Shown piece after piece: positions 1 through 14,089 of a DNA stretch of 64,000 nt. Under the pieces are notes generated by a model. It did no database searches. It saw only the letters and a program-made list of their open reading frames with translations, and had not been told where the DNA came from. Numbering within the stretch: position 1 is the stretch's first letter; the number at the start of each line of letters is the position of its first letter. The stretch is from Octopus vulgaris (Eukaryota): positions 58,776,001-58,840,000 of the forward strand of contig OX597817.1 of NCBI GenBank assembly GCA_951406725.2, in the 5' to 3' direction. Position numbers and translations under genes: made by a program.

Positions 1-37
1 GGGAGCGCAGGGAAAGCAGGCAAGAAAAATAAGATTA

Positions 38-160
38 ATGAATGATGGTGATGGTGGCGATGATGATAACGATGACGACGAGGAAGAGGAGACGAGGAGG
101 AGGAGATGGGGAGAAGGAGGAGGAGGAGATGGGGAGGAGGAGGAGGAGACGAGGAGGAGG
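38..160. repeat. (GAT/GAC)n-(GAG)n low-complexity tract
   Basis: Trinucleotide runs visible directly; they explain ORF 38..220. Confidence 0.9.
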
Positions 161-921
161 ATTCTCACCACTTCAGTATTGTTAACATCCTTAGCAATCC
201 TCATTATTATGGCTGTTTAGTGCCAGGTCAACACCAATTAAGGAAACCTTGAGGTTAACGGTGTTCCGGATGTGACCATCCTACTTTTTTTTTTAATACA
301 TACATTCCCCTTAGCCATAGCATATCTCAGACTACGTTATCAAGTGTGTCTTTCCCCCTTCATATTTCCCTTCATAGTGACAAAGATGCAGCAGTTATTT
401 CTAGCAGACCAAGCTACCTCATGGAGGCTCTCTCATGTCATCCACAACTTTTTTTACCAGTAATATACTGTGTCTGAAACGAATGACTCTGTACCCGTCT
501 CCCTATTAAAAATAAGTTACATGACTACGAATGAAATCATCATTATCTTCTCCGCCGTTGTTGGAAGAAACCAGAAGACAGATGTGGCTTACATAATTTC
601 TCATCAGAACAATGCAGTTTTCATTCCCACACACACCAGTGAAAATATAGAAACGCCATCTTCCCACCCACATCCTCTTCTTTATGGGCCCTCATCTTCA
701 ACAGCTTCTTTCCCAGCAAGCACAGCAGTGATGTAAGAAATATGGTATTTCTTTTAGCTCAAGTCAAAACAATAATAGACAACAACTACAACAACAACAA
801 TGATAATAATAACAACAACAACAACAGCGTAATTGTGATGGGATTTTCAATGCCGTATCTTAGAGAAGACAGTTGGGGCTTTCTCATGAAGGCAGAAAAA
901 ACAAATTAACAGGCATTATAA

Positions 922-957
<36 letters not shown>

Positions 958-2497
958 AGAAAAAACAACAGAAAATTTCAAAACTAATTTTTAAAGACTT
1001 AATGTCGGTAAAAATGGCATAAAGTGGAAATATCTAACATTCTTGAAATCATTAAATAATTTCCTTCAATATTTCCTGTGTTTTTTACAAAATTAACTGA
1101 TTTCCTTTTTAGCCATCCTTTCAGTTATAAAGACATCTAAAACAGGCACAGGAATATCAATTTGAGAGAAAGATGGATAGGAGTGGGTGATGGTGGGTGG
1201 TGGGCACATATAGTCTATTATTAGATTGGCCCAAAGTATATAACTGTCAATTTTGTTATGGAACCTACTGGGAACTCTGGTTGGCCTGAGGCTAGATTAG
1301 AAGACACTTGCCCAACGTGCCATGCTGAGGGACGGAACCCAGAACCATGTGGTTGGGAAGCAAGCTTCTTACCACACAGTCACGTCTGCACTTATGTACA
1401 TTATTATAAAGCACAGAAGAAAAGTTAATCTCTTAGATATGAGATTTCTCACATATTTCACCTGTGTAAGTTCAGAAAACACCTGGAAAGCTGATTATGA
1501 GTTTAATCTGTTGTAAGGAGGGCAAAAGTGGAATTGAGTAAAGAACATCTCGGTTTATAACTAGAATAAGAATTGTAGATCAACATGAGAGCATGAGAGG
1601 GTTGTTATTGTTGTTGTTGTAGCATTAAAGCAGTTGATTGAATGACTGTGTGGTCCGTGAAGGAGGAGAACATGTGAAAATGCAGCAGAAACGACCTGAA
1701 GACATTGCTGACACGACACAACCAGAACTTCAGTGGAGCAAACTGACAAACTCAGTTGAGCACCAGACAAAATACCTGCCAGTATTTAATTAGATCAAAG
1801 TCAACTCCGGTGGCAGCAAACACTAACCACTCGGCCACACACCCTTATGGGGGCGGGGGTGTCAGTGAAATTTAAATTAACCTAGTACTGTGGCCAGAAT
1901 ATATCCTCTGCACAAAATCCGTGACCTTCTGCCATCTTAGAAAGAACTTATACTATTGCTTGTACTAAAACACCTCCTGTAACATTTTTATCTTAGTACT
2001 TTAAGTAAATATAATCTTTGGACTAATCAGACCTCAGAATGTTTGTAGAAAGTTAATATAGTTCCAGATGTCAAAATGATTTCCATAATCAATAATCAAT
2101 GTGAAACTTCAAAATAAATTTGACATATCTGATTGTATCCAATTGAAAATGAATAATAAAACATACTATATACTGTTTATTTATCAGTACAAGAAGTGTT
2201 CCTTACTTTGTCTGCTCTTTCTTATTTGACTCCTAGGTATCTTTCTCATTATCTCAAACTATTTAATCTGATCCAATGAGACAAGACGAAAAAACATCTC
2301 TTCGGTGGATCAATATTTTTCTTGAACAAATTGTGATACTTGAATGAAGGTTGTGCCAGATCAGACAAATGAAAGTATTTGTTGTAGATCAAAGCAAATG
2401 AAATAATTAGGTTATGTCTGGTGGAAGGTCAACAGATAATGTATAATATTGCAGGTAACAATACAACATAGAATATATACACCAATAATACTTCTTA

Positions 2498-2728
2498 TGA
2501 CAGAACATCATCAAATATCATACAAGGATTTCAGGTATCATACAACAACATCAGACATCAAACAATAACATTATATATTATAGAATAACATCAGACATCA
2601 TACAATAACATCAGACATCAAACAATATCATCAGACATCACACAATAGCACCAGACATCATACAATTATACCAGAGACTAAACAATAACATCAGATATCA
2701 AACAATAATGTCAGACATCAAACAATAC
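2498..2728. repeat. 20-bp minisatellite, consensus ACAATAACATCAGACATCAW, about 11 degenerate copies
   Basis: Head-to-tail units with no unique spacers. Confidence 0.9.
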
Positions 2729-2829
2729 AAACATATATATATCAGTTATCTTTTATGTTTTTTTTGTGAAAAAAGCAGTGCCTGTGACCCCAGAACCTTT
2801 TTTGAGCTCTCAGAGACTGTATTATTTAT

Positions 2830-3123
2830 TGTTTTACACAGAAGGAAAGGCAGTGTCCATCACTCCTTGCAGGGCCTCTAGGACTGGTGAGAGGGAAGGA
2901 AGACGATATTCTCAAACTGGAGACCAGATCCCTATGCATGCAACAGAGTGGACTCTTCCATTAGAGACACCTGAGTTACCAGGAGGGAATATGTTACCCT
3001 GGATGATGGATATAAAGTCATACAACCCAAGTAGGACATGGTAGGATTTGAACACCAGCCACTGAGAATGAAAACTAATACAAAATGGCATCCTGCTGGA
3101 TGTTCTACCAATTCCACCAGACT
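2830..3123 (-). mobile_element. tRNA-derived SINE, single copy in window
   Basis: Minus strand starts with A-box-like TGGTGGAATTGGTAGA and B-box-like GTTCAAATCC. Confidence 0.55.
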
Positions 3124-3794
3124 GCAAAGGACATCCAGTTCTGATATTCTTACAGATTGAAGAGAGGAAGTGCTCTGCAGACCAGGTTATTTTGTTTAGC
3201 CCCTGGTCAGCTCTGATGAAGTAAACCTAAAACCAGATTTGTTCCAGCCATGGCCACTCAGTTGTGTTCTACATTGGAGACTATTTCTCATCTTTTTACT
3301 TGTTCCACACATTTGAATGTGGCCATGCTGGGGCACTGCTCTGATTGACCCCAGTACAGTTTTAGGTTGAATACTTATTTTATTGGACTCTTTTGTTGAA
3401 CCACTAAGTCACAGGGAGGTGGACAAACCAACACCAGCTGTCAAGCAGTGGTGAGGGACAAACACAATACAAAAAAAAAAACAAATATACAGATTCATAC
3501 ATGGACTGAGATATCTGGGCCCTTGCTGTCCTCAAGAAGACCTTTCAGCCACAGAAAAGTTGATACTGGGGCTGGCGACACATTAAAAGCACCCAGTGCC
3601 CTTTGTGGAGTGGTTGGCATTAGGAAGGGTATCCAGCTGTAGAAACAATGCTAGAACAGACAATGGAGCCTGGTGTGGCCTTTGGCCTTTCCAGCTCTAG
3701 TCAAACCATGCTAGCATGGAAACGGATGTTAAGTTATGATGATGATGATCTATATATATATATATATATATGCTAAAGAGACAAGACAGTAGAG

Positions 3795-4068
3795 CAGTGG
3801 CTCCGAAACACTTTTCTTTTTTTTTTTACCTTGAGACCCCTTTCATTCCTATTTTGCTCAACTGGACCCTCATAGCCATTCAATGTTTAATAAAATCCAA
3901 TTTTTTTTTTTATAATCAAATATTACTGGGAATTGTAAAAAAAAAATTTGTTAAAATATTTTGTGTTTTGTAGAAATATAAACAATTTATTGCAGATAAA
4001 TTTTGACCACAAAAACGTATGTGGACCCCTCCCCCAGGGGTCATGTGGACCCCAGTGGAGAACCACTG
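3795..4068. mobile_element. hAT (Charlie/Buster-like) MITE
   Basis: Termini CAGTGG...GAGAACCACTG; perfect 8-bp TSD CAGTAGAG at 3787-3794 and 4069-4076 with central TA. Confidence 0.9.
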
Positions 4069-4414
4069 CAGTAGAGTGGAGAGTTGGGGGAGAGTTGACT
4101 GCTATTTCTAGTCAGTCCAACAACCAGTGGTTGTCGCCTTAACATAGGTACATGATATTAAATGTTGGCGAGCAGCTCAGAAAATAGGACAGTAAATTCC
4201 ACCAAATACAGTAGTATGGGCTATAGTATATAGTGTAGTGAACATTAATAGAGACAGCAGCAGTAGCAGCAGCTTACAGAAGCAGAGTCTGTTGTAGTGT
4301 GTAGTGAAGTGTAAAATATTACAACCTATTTTTGATACGGTTTATTAAGCACAGCACAAATAGAAGCATACAACACACACACACAGTGGTATTTATTTAT
4401 ATCTATATACATAT

Positions 4415-4725
4415 GTGCAAGTGTATGAACATGCATGTGTGTGCATGTGTGTGTGCACATGCATGTGTGTGCATGCGTGTGTGCACATGCGTGTGTGTGC
4501 ACATGCATGTGTGTGTGTCTATCATCATCAACATCACCATCATTATCCTCTTCATCACCACCACCACCATCAGCATCGTCGTCATCATCATCATCATCAT
4601 CATCGACATCATCATCATCACATCAACATCATCACCATCATCATCACCATCATCGTCATCACCATCACCCTTGTCACCATCATCATCTTCACCATCGTCA
4701 CCAACATCATCATCACCACCATCAT
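4415..4725. repeat. Compound (TG/TGCA)n + (CAT/CAC)n microsatellite
   Basis: Seen directly; generates several spurious ORFs. Confidence 0.95.
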
Positions 4726-5049
4726 CTTTTAACAACTATCTTCCATGCTAGCATGGGCTGGACTATACATACATGCAGATGTAGCAGCGGTAGCAGTAGT
4801 AGTAGCAGTAGCAGCATGCATATATAAAAATAGAGAGAAAGGGAGAGACACTGACATACACTCATACCCACATACATACCTAGCTGTATGGTTAAGAAGC
4901 TTGCTTTGTATTCATGTGGTTCCTGGTTCAATCTCAGTTTGCAGCATCTCGGACAAGTGCCTACCACTCTGGCCCTAGGCTGACCAGCATCTTTGGCATG
5001 GAATTTGATAGAAGGAACCTGAGCTGAAATCTGCCGTGTGTATGTCTGT

Positions 5050-5294
5050 AACTAATAACTCTCTTATTGCACTACATGGCTTTGATGCTAAAGATTATCT
5101 TGTACTGTTTGTGGGGTCGACTGCGTCCTCCGCTTTGCTTTTTGTAAATCGCTCATTCTCATTTAATTGTATATATTTTAATTGTTTGTTTATTCATACA
5201 TTTCGTTTCATTCAATACCCTGACCCCAATGTTTGTTTTGTCTGTCCTTGTATCATCCCCTCTTTTTCTCAACTTTATGGTGAATAAAGAAATT
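5050..5294 (+). mobile_element. Probable LINE 3' UTR fragment
   Basis: T-rich stretch ending in AATAAAGAAATT followed by a (CT)n tail; no protein motif seen. Confidence 0.35.
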
Positions 5295-5295
5295 C

Positions 5296-5346
<51 letters not shown>

Positions 5347-5391
5347 ATTCTTTCATTTACTTCTGTTTTTCTATGCTTGCATGGGTTAGAT

Positions 5392-5700
5392 CAGTGGTTC
5401 TCAATCATATTTTTACCTATGGACCCCTTTGATTATTGATTACTATTGTCACTCAGACAGACCCTCATAACCATTTGATGTTTTAAAAAGGTCCTATTAT
5501 ATTTCTTTAATTAAATATTATATTTGCATAATTACAATCATATTTGTATAATTAAATATTATCAGGCATTGTATGAAAAGAAATCATTAAAAAGATTTTG
5601 TGTATTGTAGATGTTTAACTAATTTATTGCACAAAAACTTTAACAACAAAATTTTTTATGGCTCCCCAAGGGTCATGTAGACCCTAGCTGAGAGCCACAG
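5392..5700. mobile_element. hAT MITE, same family as 3795-4068
   Basis: TIR CAGTGGTTCTCAA; TSD GGTTAGAT/GGTTAGAC (7 of 8 match); shares internal sequence with the first copy; splits an older SINE. Confidence 0.85.
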
Positions 5701-6465
5701 GGTTAGACAAATATGTTATTGTTTTATAGCCAGGTGCCCTTCTTGTCTCAAACCCTGTTTTTCAAGCAGAGGGTCTCTTATTTCTTGTATCTTGGAAGGT
5801 GCAAAGCAAAACAAAGATTTGCAGAACTGAGAAAAACAACAGCACATGTCATAGGTTGAATGTAACTGATGCTAGTGCCACCTGACTGACTTCTGTGCTG
5901 GTGGCACAAAAAAAAACACCCACTCTTGGAGTTGTTGGTGTTAGGGAGGGCATCCAACTGTAGAAACCTTGGGGCCTGGTGCAGACTCCTGGCTTGTCAG
6001 TCCTCAGTCAAACCATCCATTCCATGCCAGCATGGAAGGCAGAGGTTAAACGATGATGATGATGATGATGATGACATGCACATATGCATGCAAGCACAGA
6101 GCCATGCATACATGATGGTAGTCTGTTGTAGCCGGAGAGCATCAGCTCTGCAATTCCTTGCTGAACAGCTTGCATAAATAATTGGTTTCTAGTGATCGAA
6201 CGTCTGTGCCGTACATTAGCTCACCTGTCTCTCCATCAAATCAACATTACCTGGACAGGTGCACAGGTGTGCCACATGGCAGCTGTCAAAGTGATCGCAG
6301 AGCAATGTGAGATGATGTGTTTTTCTCAAGGAAACAATGCAACATCTTTTGCAGGAATTGAAACCACAATCTTGCAGTAATGAGTGCAAGACCCTAACTA
6401 CTTGGTCATGCACCCTCACACACACACAATTACATACATATACATATGATGACCTTTTACTTTCT

Positions 6466-6698
6466 TATTTCTTTACTACCCACAAGGGGCTAAACACAGA
6501 GGGAACAAACAAGGACAGACAAAAGGTTTAAGTCGATTACATCAACCCCAGTGCATAACTGGTACTTATTTAATCGACCCCAAAAGGATGAAAGGCAAAG
6601 GCGACCTCAGCAGAATTTGAATTCAGAACGTAATGGCAGACGAAATACTGCTAAGCATTTCGCCCGGCATGCTAATGTTTCTGCTAGCTCACCGCCTT
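6466..6698 (-). mobile_element. SINE family B (tRNA head, GCCTTTCATCCTTT central motif) nested in another SINE
   Basis: Matches copies at 15418, 41109, 44904 and 63267; 17-bp TSD ATGACCTTTTACTTTCT. Confidence 0.9.
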
Positions 6699-7409
6699 AT
6701 GACCTTTTACTTTCTGTCTACCAAATTCCACTGACAAGGCTTTGGTCAGCTTTCAACTATAGCAGAGGACACTTGTACAAAATGCCACATCACAGGATTG
6801 AACCTGAAACCACATGGCCAGCAAGTAAAACTTCTTAACCACTAACAGAAAAGCAAATAAATAAATAAATGGTGAGTAAAACCTTCATCAAAGAGATGGG
6901 ATTAACCCCTTCTGATGTAAATCTCCTCTGTGTATAAGCTGTGTAGGTGATTGTCAGGTGGGAACAGAAATGTCAAGTACCAAACACTTTTTCAGAATTT
7001 TTTTCTCCACATCGATTCTTTTATGATTCCGTTTCCAAAGAAATACACTGCTTTCTGTGCTTCTTTTCATTTTTGAAAATCAAGAAGAATCTGGAGAAAT
7101 TCAATAAACAGCTAATATTTTCATTAAAAGCAGGTATTTTGGAATCTAGCTCACCAAAAGTTTCTCACAACCAAAGCCTTGTCAGTGGATTAGGTAGATG
7201 GAAACTAAAAGAAGCTCATCATGTATGTGTGTGTGTTGTGTGCATGCACATACATGTGCACATGTGTGTGTGTGTGTGTGTGTGTGTCCATCCAATGTGA
7301 CCCACTTCCAATCAAAAGAGTTGTCTGGAAGTAATTAAAAAGTCATTTACAAATAATTCAAAGGACCCAGTGTTTGGCAACCAGACTGGCAGCTGCAACC
7401 CTTCAGACA

Positions 7410-7760
7410 GGATCAACAAAGGGAACACCAACCTGATGATGATAAACACTTTTAATAACAACCCAGTCAGAATAGATGGGAGAGTCCACAGAGGAGGTTG
7501 GCTGCTTTAATTAGCTCAGAAGTATAATTGACAAACAAAGTGACATAAAGAGAGAAGGGAAACAAATCTCAGAATGGGCAAAGCCAAAGAACAGCCTTCA
7601 CCATTCTAAAGAACATCTGGGATTCCAAAGAAATTACCATAAAAACGAAATTGCTTATCTTCAACTCTTGTGTAAAGTCCTTTTTTTTTTTGTTTTAGTG
7701 GAATAGAGACATGGAGAGGGATGAAAAGACACGGCTGAAGATAGAGACCTTTATCAATAA
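7410..7760 (+). pseudogene. Decayed RTE-clade LINE fragment, post-RT region
   Basis: With frameshifts it translates to RMGKA..TAFTILKNIWDSKEITIKTKLLIFNSCVKS..ETW, typical of RTE ORF2. Confidence 0.8.
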
Positions 7761-7763
7761 AAC

Positions 7764-7950
7764 TGGCAATCCGTCAGTTATGACAACGAGTCTTCCAGTG
7801 GATCCAATGAATGGAACAGCCTGCTTGGAAAATTAATATGCAAGTGGCTGAGTGCTCCACAGATACTTGGTTCTCAGGTAGATTCAGCATGACAAGGCTG
7901 GCCCTTGGAAATACAGGTACAACTCATTTTCTTTCAGCTGACTGGACTGG
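7764..7950 (-). mobile_element. SINE family D, 3' part
   Basis: GATCCAATCAATGGAACAGCCTGCT...GCAAGTGGCTGAG block shared with 31443, 55600 and 55905. Confidence 0.8.
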
Positions 7951-8991
7951 AACAAATTGTGCCCAGGGTGCTTTTTTTGTGTGCCACCAGCATTAGTGAG
8001 GCGGCTGAGTAACATGCAAGACTAAAAGAACAAGAAAAGGGAACAAGACTCCTTGACTAAGAGAGGGGAGTATTTGAGAGTTGGCGGGGGGGGGGGGGCC
8101 TTTGTGCCAGGAGTTCAGAGGTTTAAGTATGATAGAGGGACAAGTGTAAGAGTCTATCTATAAAGATAGATGGCTACCCTGCATTATTTAAGGGCGGATG
8201 GAAATGGCTGGGAAGGAGATAAAGTGATATCCCTTTATCAAAAAGTCAATTTGTAATTTGATAAAGATAAATGCCTCCTCCCCTCTTAAATGTTTTTGTG
8301 TTGCAAGTAGTTGGAGACCCTGTCAGTGCAGGTGTCACTTAAAAGTACTCAGTCCATACTGTAAAGTGGTTGGTGTTTGGAAGGGTATCCAGCAGTAAAA
8401 ACCTAGCCAAAACTGACCTCACATGTGCTTGTACCACGTAAAAGGCACTAAGTCCACTCTGCTGAGTGGTTGGTGTCAAGAAGGGCATCCAGCTGTAAAA
8501 ATTCTGCCAAAACAGTCACAGAAGTCAAATAAGTACTGGGGTTGATTCGAGGGACTAAAACCCATGAAGATAGTGCTTCAGCATGGCCACAGTGTGACGA
8601 CTGAAACCAGGAAAAATATAAAAGAGGAATGGTAAGGATTCTGAGATAAAAAAAAGAAAAAAATTGTCCTCAAAGAGATGAATAGGAAACGATTCATAAA
8701 GACGCTGAATGCACCAAAAGTCGGTCAAATGATTTCACAGAAGAAACAAACGTAAGACACTCAAAGATAACATTCACTTTCTCTCTCTCTCTCACTCTCT
8801 CTCACTCTGTCTTTCTCCCTCTCTATACATATACATACATACATACATATATGTAGATATATACATATATATAAACACATACATATATATATGCATATAC
8901 ATTTACATATATCATCATCATCATCATCGTTTAATATCCACTTTCCATGCTAGCATGGGTTGGACGGTTTGACTGTGGGCTAGCAAACCAG

Positions 8992-9028
<37 letters not shown>

Positions 9029-9841
9029 TATAAACATATATACATTTATATATATGCATAAGTATATATATATATATATACACACACACACAAACACACG
9101 CATATGTATAAGTAGACACATTTCCATTGAAATGTTGCTATCTATTGTCATATACTGAGTTGAAGTGTACAACCATGACTAACACTACCAAACAACTCCC
9201 CACCACCACCACCGCCGCCACCATCACAATGACTGCCCCTTCTAAATATCATCACAGTCACTACAAGACTACATTGGAGTCTTTAAGTGGTCGCTTGACC
9301 TGCAAGAAATAGCCAAGAACTGCCCTCAAATCATACCCCAAGTGCCAGCTTAGAAAAGGACTCACTGCATCATATGAACTAGGTTCCCTGCACGAATGAA
9401 AAAGATAGGGTGGTCACAAGTGGAGAGCCTTTTATCATAGGTGCCACTTGATCCCTCGTGGCCTGGGGCTAATAGAAAAAAAACATTAATAACGAAGCAA
9501 CCACTATCATCACAATCACCATCAACATCACAATGACAGCAACCAGTGTTAGTAACACCATCATCATCATCATCATCACTGACAATCTTTAACAATACTA
9601 TTGTCACCACCACCACCAACACCACCAGAACCATTACCATCCGATTATTGCCACTGAAGCCATTACCACAGCAAAAAAAAACAACCAAAAAACTAAAAAG
9701 ATCACCATCATCATTACAACCCATCACAACAATCAACCACCACCACCGCCACTTACAATTGGGTGAGAGGACATAATGTGAAATTCTATACAATATGGGG
9801 AAGAAGACGTGAAAGAGAGATGTAATATGATAGACGTTGTA

Positions 9842-9897
<56 letters not shown>

Positions 9898-10095
9898 GAA
9901 AGAGTAGGTGCATGCATGTGTTTGTATGTGTGTGTGTGTGTGGATGCATGTGTGTAAGTGCATGAAGAAAATATGATTGACTAAATTATCGCTGACAGAG
10001 ACAGGAACAGTCACAAAAAGACAAAGTGAGAGGGAGGGAGAGAGAGAGAAAGTGAGACAGACAGACAGATAAGTTGGCAGACAGAAAACAAGTTT

Positions 10096-10126
<31 letters not shown>

Positions 10127-10175
10127 TCAAACAGAACTAAGAAAACGTGTACTTATTGGCTTGCATTTCACACTA

Positions 10176-10229
<54 letters not shown>

Positions 10230-12049
10230 GTGTGTAAAGTGCCTCTAGTGCCCGTGGGGATGGAGGGTTAAGACTGTATCTCCATCTCCTTCTCCCTCTC
10301 ACCCTGTAGTGTTATGTTGTTGTAGTTATTGTTGTTGTTACTTAGATCACACAATGGCAAAGTGGTGGTGGTGGTAAAATTAATGAATAATGTGGAACAA
10401 GAATAAGGGCCAAGTCAAGTGATGATGATGATGATGACTAAAACAATATCAAGGTCAATGACCTAATGAATGGGGCCTCTAGGTAATTTTCCCTGACCTC
10501 TGAAGCATAGCAGCTAAATCTTTCTCAAATTTCACACACATTGAATCAGAAATAAGGATTGTCAACGCTAGAATCTCTTGAATACTTTTCTTCCTAGGGT
10601 CCACTTGATAAGGACCTAATTTGGTGTCTAAGTGTATCAAGGCCTTCCATGGGAATCTGTCAAAGATTTTGACCTCTTTTCTTTACTTTTTCACAGTATG
10701 GTTGTGTGGTTAAGAAACTTGCTTTGCACCCAAGTGGTTTCAGGTTCAATCCTATTGCACAGCACCTTTGACAAGTGTCATCTATAACAGTCCAGGGCTG
10801 ACCAATGCCATGTAAGTGAATTTGGTTGGTGGAAACTGTGGGGAAACCCATATGATTTGACCGGATCCAATGAGTCCTGCGACTGTCTATATGTCTTTGC
10901 ATTTGTATTTATCTCCTACCACTGGACATCTGGTGTTGGTTTATTTACATCCTTTTAAACTTGGTTGTTCAATGAAAGCGATCAACAGAATAAGTACATG
11001 GCTTAAAGAAAATTAGTGTCGGGGAACCCTTCATAACGATGCCCCAGTATGGTCGCAGTCTAATGACTGAAACAAGTATAAGACACAAGACTAACCCAAA
11101 AAGTCAAATGTCAGACTAAAAAAGATAATGAATACAGAATTAATTCATTAATTGACCTCATGAATCACATTCACCAAATACACACACAATGGTAGATAAA
11201 CAATTATTTACAAGAAAAAAACTTAGTGGTTAAATGCTGAGGGTGAGATTTATTCCATGGCCACTAAAGCGAGTGAATCACAGGCTGTCTGAGGTGAAAT
11301 ATGTAGAACAAACGTCAAAATGGAAGCAAATAAGAAAGACACGATTATTGTCTTGTAAAAATAATACATTTTAGTTGGGGGGGGGGGGAATAAAACAGAA
11401 ACACAGACACAATGTGTTAGAAATGAGTTAGAACTGGAAGAATGGCAGTTGGAATTGGAAAAATAAATAAAGCAAACAAATAAACGACATCTAAATAAAA
11501 TAGGAAAATGGAATAAAATGGAATGGTAGCAGCTACAAAAAAGCATCTGTTTATGATGTTAGAAGAATTATTCAAATTCAGATTTGAAATTGTTATTTTT
11601 TTTTCTTTTTCTTCTTTTCATAAAACTGAACTTTCTCATTTCCAACCGACTAATGGAATTATGGAAACTAAGGGCCATAAACATAAAATCTGGATATTTT
11701 CTCTTAAATCGCTAAATGCGCACAGGTATGGCTGTGTGGTTAGGAAGCTCACTTAGCAAACATGTGGTCTCGGGTTCAGCCCCACTGGATGGCACATTGG
11801 GAAGGGCCTTCTACTATAACTCTGGACCGACCAATGCCTTGAGAGCAAATCTGGTAGGTAGAAACTGTATGGAAGCCTGCCAAGCCTGTCAGTGATGTGC
11901 CACTTAAAAAGCACCCAATATGCTCTGTTAAGTGGTTGGTATACAAAAGAGACTTCTTACCATTTCCTGTCAAACCATCCAACTCATGCCAGCATGGAAA
12001 ACATTAACTGATGATGATGTGTGTGTGTGTGTGCATCTTTGTGTCTTTG

Positions 12050-12429
12050 AAGAATTACACAATACTTTTCGCAGGGTTCCTGTTTAGTATAACATTTACA
12101 AGAATAGTAATCACAGCGACTTTAAAGTTTGGGCCTGTTTCCTTGGATTGTGGACAGTTCAAGGAATACTAAGTAGGCCAAAATTTCGAAGTCACTATGA
12201 CTATTATTCTTGTAAATGTATTGTAAATTTACAATAAATATATATATATTCATAGCGTTTTCAAATAGCCAGATAACCGAAGAGATGGCGTTGTGGATTC
12301 CCACTTCGGCATCTGAAACTCAGAGTTTTATCTTGACTATCGAGTAATGTAACATTATTTTATAGATAAATTTCCTCTATTTACATAATATTGAGGTCTC
12401 TTTCTTTCTTTTGTTATCTTACCGTTTTA

Positions 12430-12432
<3 letters not shown>
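12050..12432 (+). mobile_element. Penelope-like pseudo-LTR fragment with hairpin and hammerhead motif
   Basis: 31-bp inverted repeat (12092-12122 / 12189-12219), then a hammerhead fold, ending at (TA)n. Confidence 0.6.
12271..12333 (+). ncRNA. Degenerate type I hammerhead ribozyme
   Basis: Stem I AGATAA/TTATCT; core CCGAAGA (one change from CUGANGA); stem II GATG..CATC; GAAA; stem III CTC/GAG; UU. Confidence 0.65.
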
Positions 12433-12465
<33 letters not shown>

Positions 12466-12466
<1 letters not shown>

Positions 12467-13282
12467 TGGGTCATCCCATAAATAATGTTTTTTTTTTCAA
12501 TTACATGAACTAAAAGTTGAAGGAGGATGGGATAAACTACCTTCAACAACTTGCTATAAAAGCAGGTAGTAATTTTACATTGATCTTATTCTTAGTGCTG
12601 GTTTTGAAGAGTGCAGTCCGATTTTAACAGTTATTTTTTCAAAGCTTTAATGGAAGTGACAAAGGGGCATATTCGACATATTTTGCTTTATGAGTTCAAT
12701 AAAGGCAACAACGCAACAGAAAGTGCAAGGAATGTTAATGCAGTAGATGGGGATCAGACAATAAGCACAGGCCAGTGTCAATGGTGGTTCCAGAAATTAT
12801 GAGCTGGAAGCTGCAGCCTAGAAGATGAGCCTTGTCCTGGAAGATCTGTAGAGCTCAACAAGGATGTCCTGCAAATCCTGGTGGAAGAAAATCTCATTGT
12901 AGCTGTTGAGGAACTAGCAGAGAAGCTTGGATTTGGTCATTCAACCGTTCATTGACACCTGTGCACCATCAGAAAAGTCAGCTAATTGGGTCAATGGGTT
13001 CCTCGCAAACTTTCTGAGTCTAATCACACACAGAGAATGAATGTGTGCTCTTCTTTGCTGTCATGAACTTCTTGTGGACCGAATAGAGACTAGTGACGAG
13101 AAATGGGTTCTCTATAAAAATATCAAGCGCTGAAGACAGTGGGAGGGAAAGGAGAAACAGCATCACTCCAGGCTACAGAAGGTCTTCCTCCACGTAATGT
13201 GTTGTTATCTGTTTGGTGGTATATGAAAGGTTTAGTCCACTTGGAACTTTTAAACCCGAACCAAACAATAACAAAGGAGATC

Positions 13283-13287
<5 letters not shown>
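12466..13287 (+). pseudogene. Mariner transposase remnant, 3'-truncated
   Basis: Starts after TA. ATG at 12650 gives MEVTKGHIRHILLYEFNKG..WWFQK, then WVPRKL (WVPHEL motif), TSDEKWVLYKN (first catalytic D) and LLSVWWYMKGLVHLELL. Several stops; ends in (TG)n(TA)n. Confidence 0.95.
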
Positions 13288-13352
<65 letters not shown>

Positions 13353-14025
13353 GCTCACATAAGTATATATACAATCATAAATATAGATAAACATGCACAC
13401 ATCAATAAACATATATACAAAAATACATAAAACTGCTTTTCTTTTTGAGCCCTCAAGTTCTTGTAGGGGCTGTAGGAGCATAAACCTGACATACAGTGTG
13501 CCTTGAGTATTTGTAAACCCTTCCAACCCCAAACCCCACACACGATGGTGCACTAAGTTCCCGTCAGACATGTTGACTTAAGTAACATTTAAAGTCAACT
13601 TGTCAAATTCGGTGTCTTCATGTTCTCTTAATCCGGAGTTAATCCAAGAAAAGCAGCTGAGACAAGAAAATATATTGGCTCAGGGAGAATATAACCAGAT
13701 TATCTCAATATATCAGGTAAGATATATGAACGATAATACAGGATCCTGAATGAATTGTAATTAAACTCGATACTGTCACAGAATTAGAGTTTCTGGAAGT
13801 TTCTGTGTGAAAGTTGCATTAGGAAGAAGCTGAGGAATGAGAGTCTGGAGCTAAAAACTAATGCGAATTGCTTATAAACGTCATTGGAGATCAGCTTTGG
13901 TATCAATCATTCAGATCGAGATGTATGTGGGGGAAAATCTCTGTCACATGTCTGGCGGAGAGAGAGAGAGAGACGAAGAGCGAGTGTCTGCAAGGGTGAG
14001 GTTTGTAAATAGATAATATAAGTAT

Positions 14026-14029
<4 letters not shown>

Positions 14030-14089
<60 letters not shown>

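Noticed and set aside
2498-2728. CRISPR-like array
   Set aside because: Units are head-to-tail without unique spacers, there are no cas genes, and the context is eukaryotic.
3205-3250. Other CTGATGA/CTGAAGA hits as hammerheads (also near 601, 16351, 24846, 39650, 51600, 60520)
   Set aside because: None has a pairing stem II followed by GAAA and a closing stem I.
4326-4827. His-, Ser- and Cys/Val-rich ORFs (also 14529-15090, 25095-25585, 58656-59195)
   Set aside because: They are translations of microsatellites that are open in several frames.
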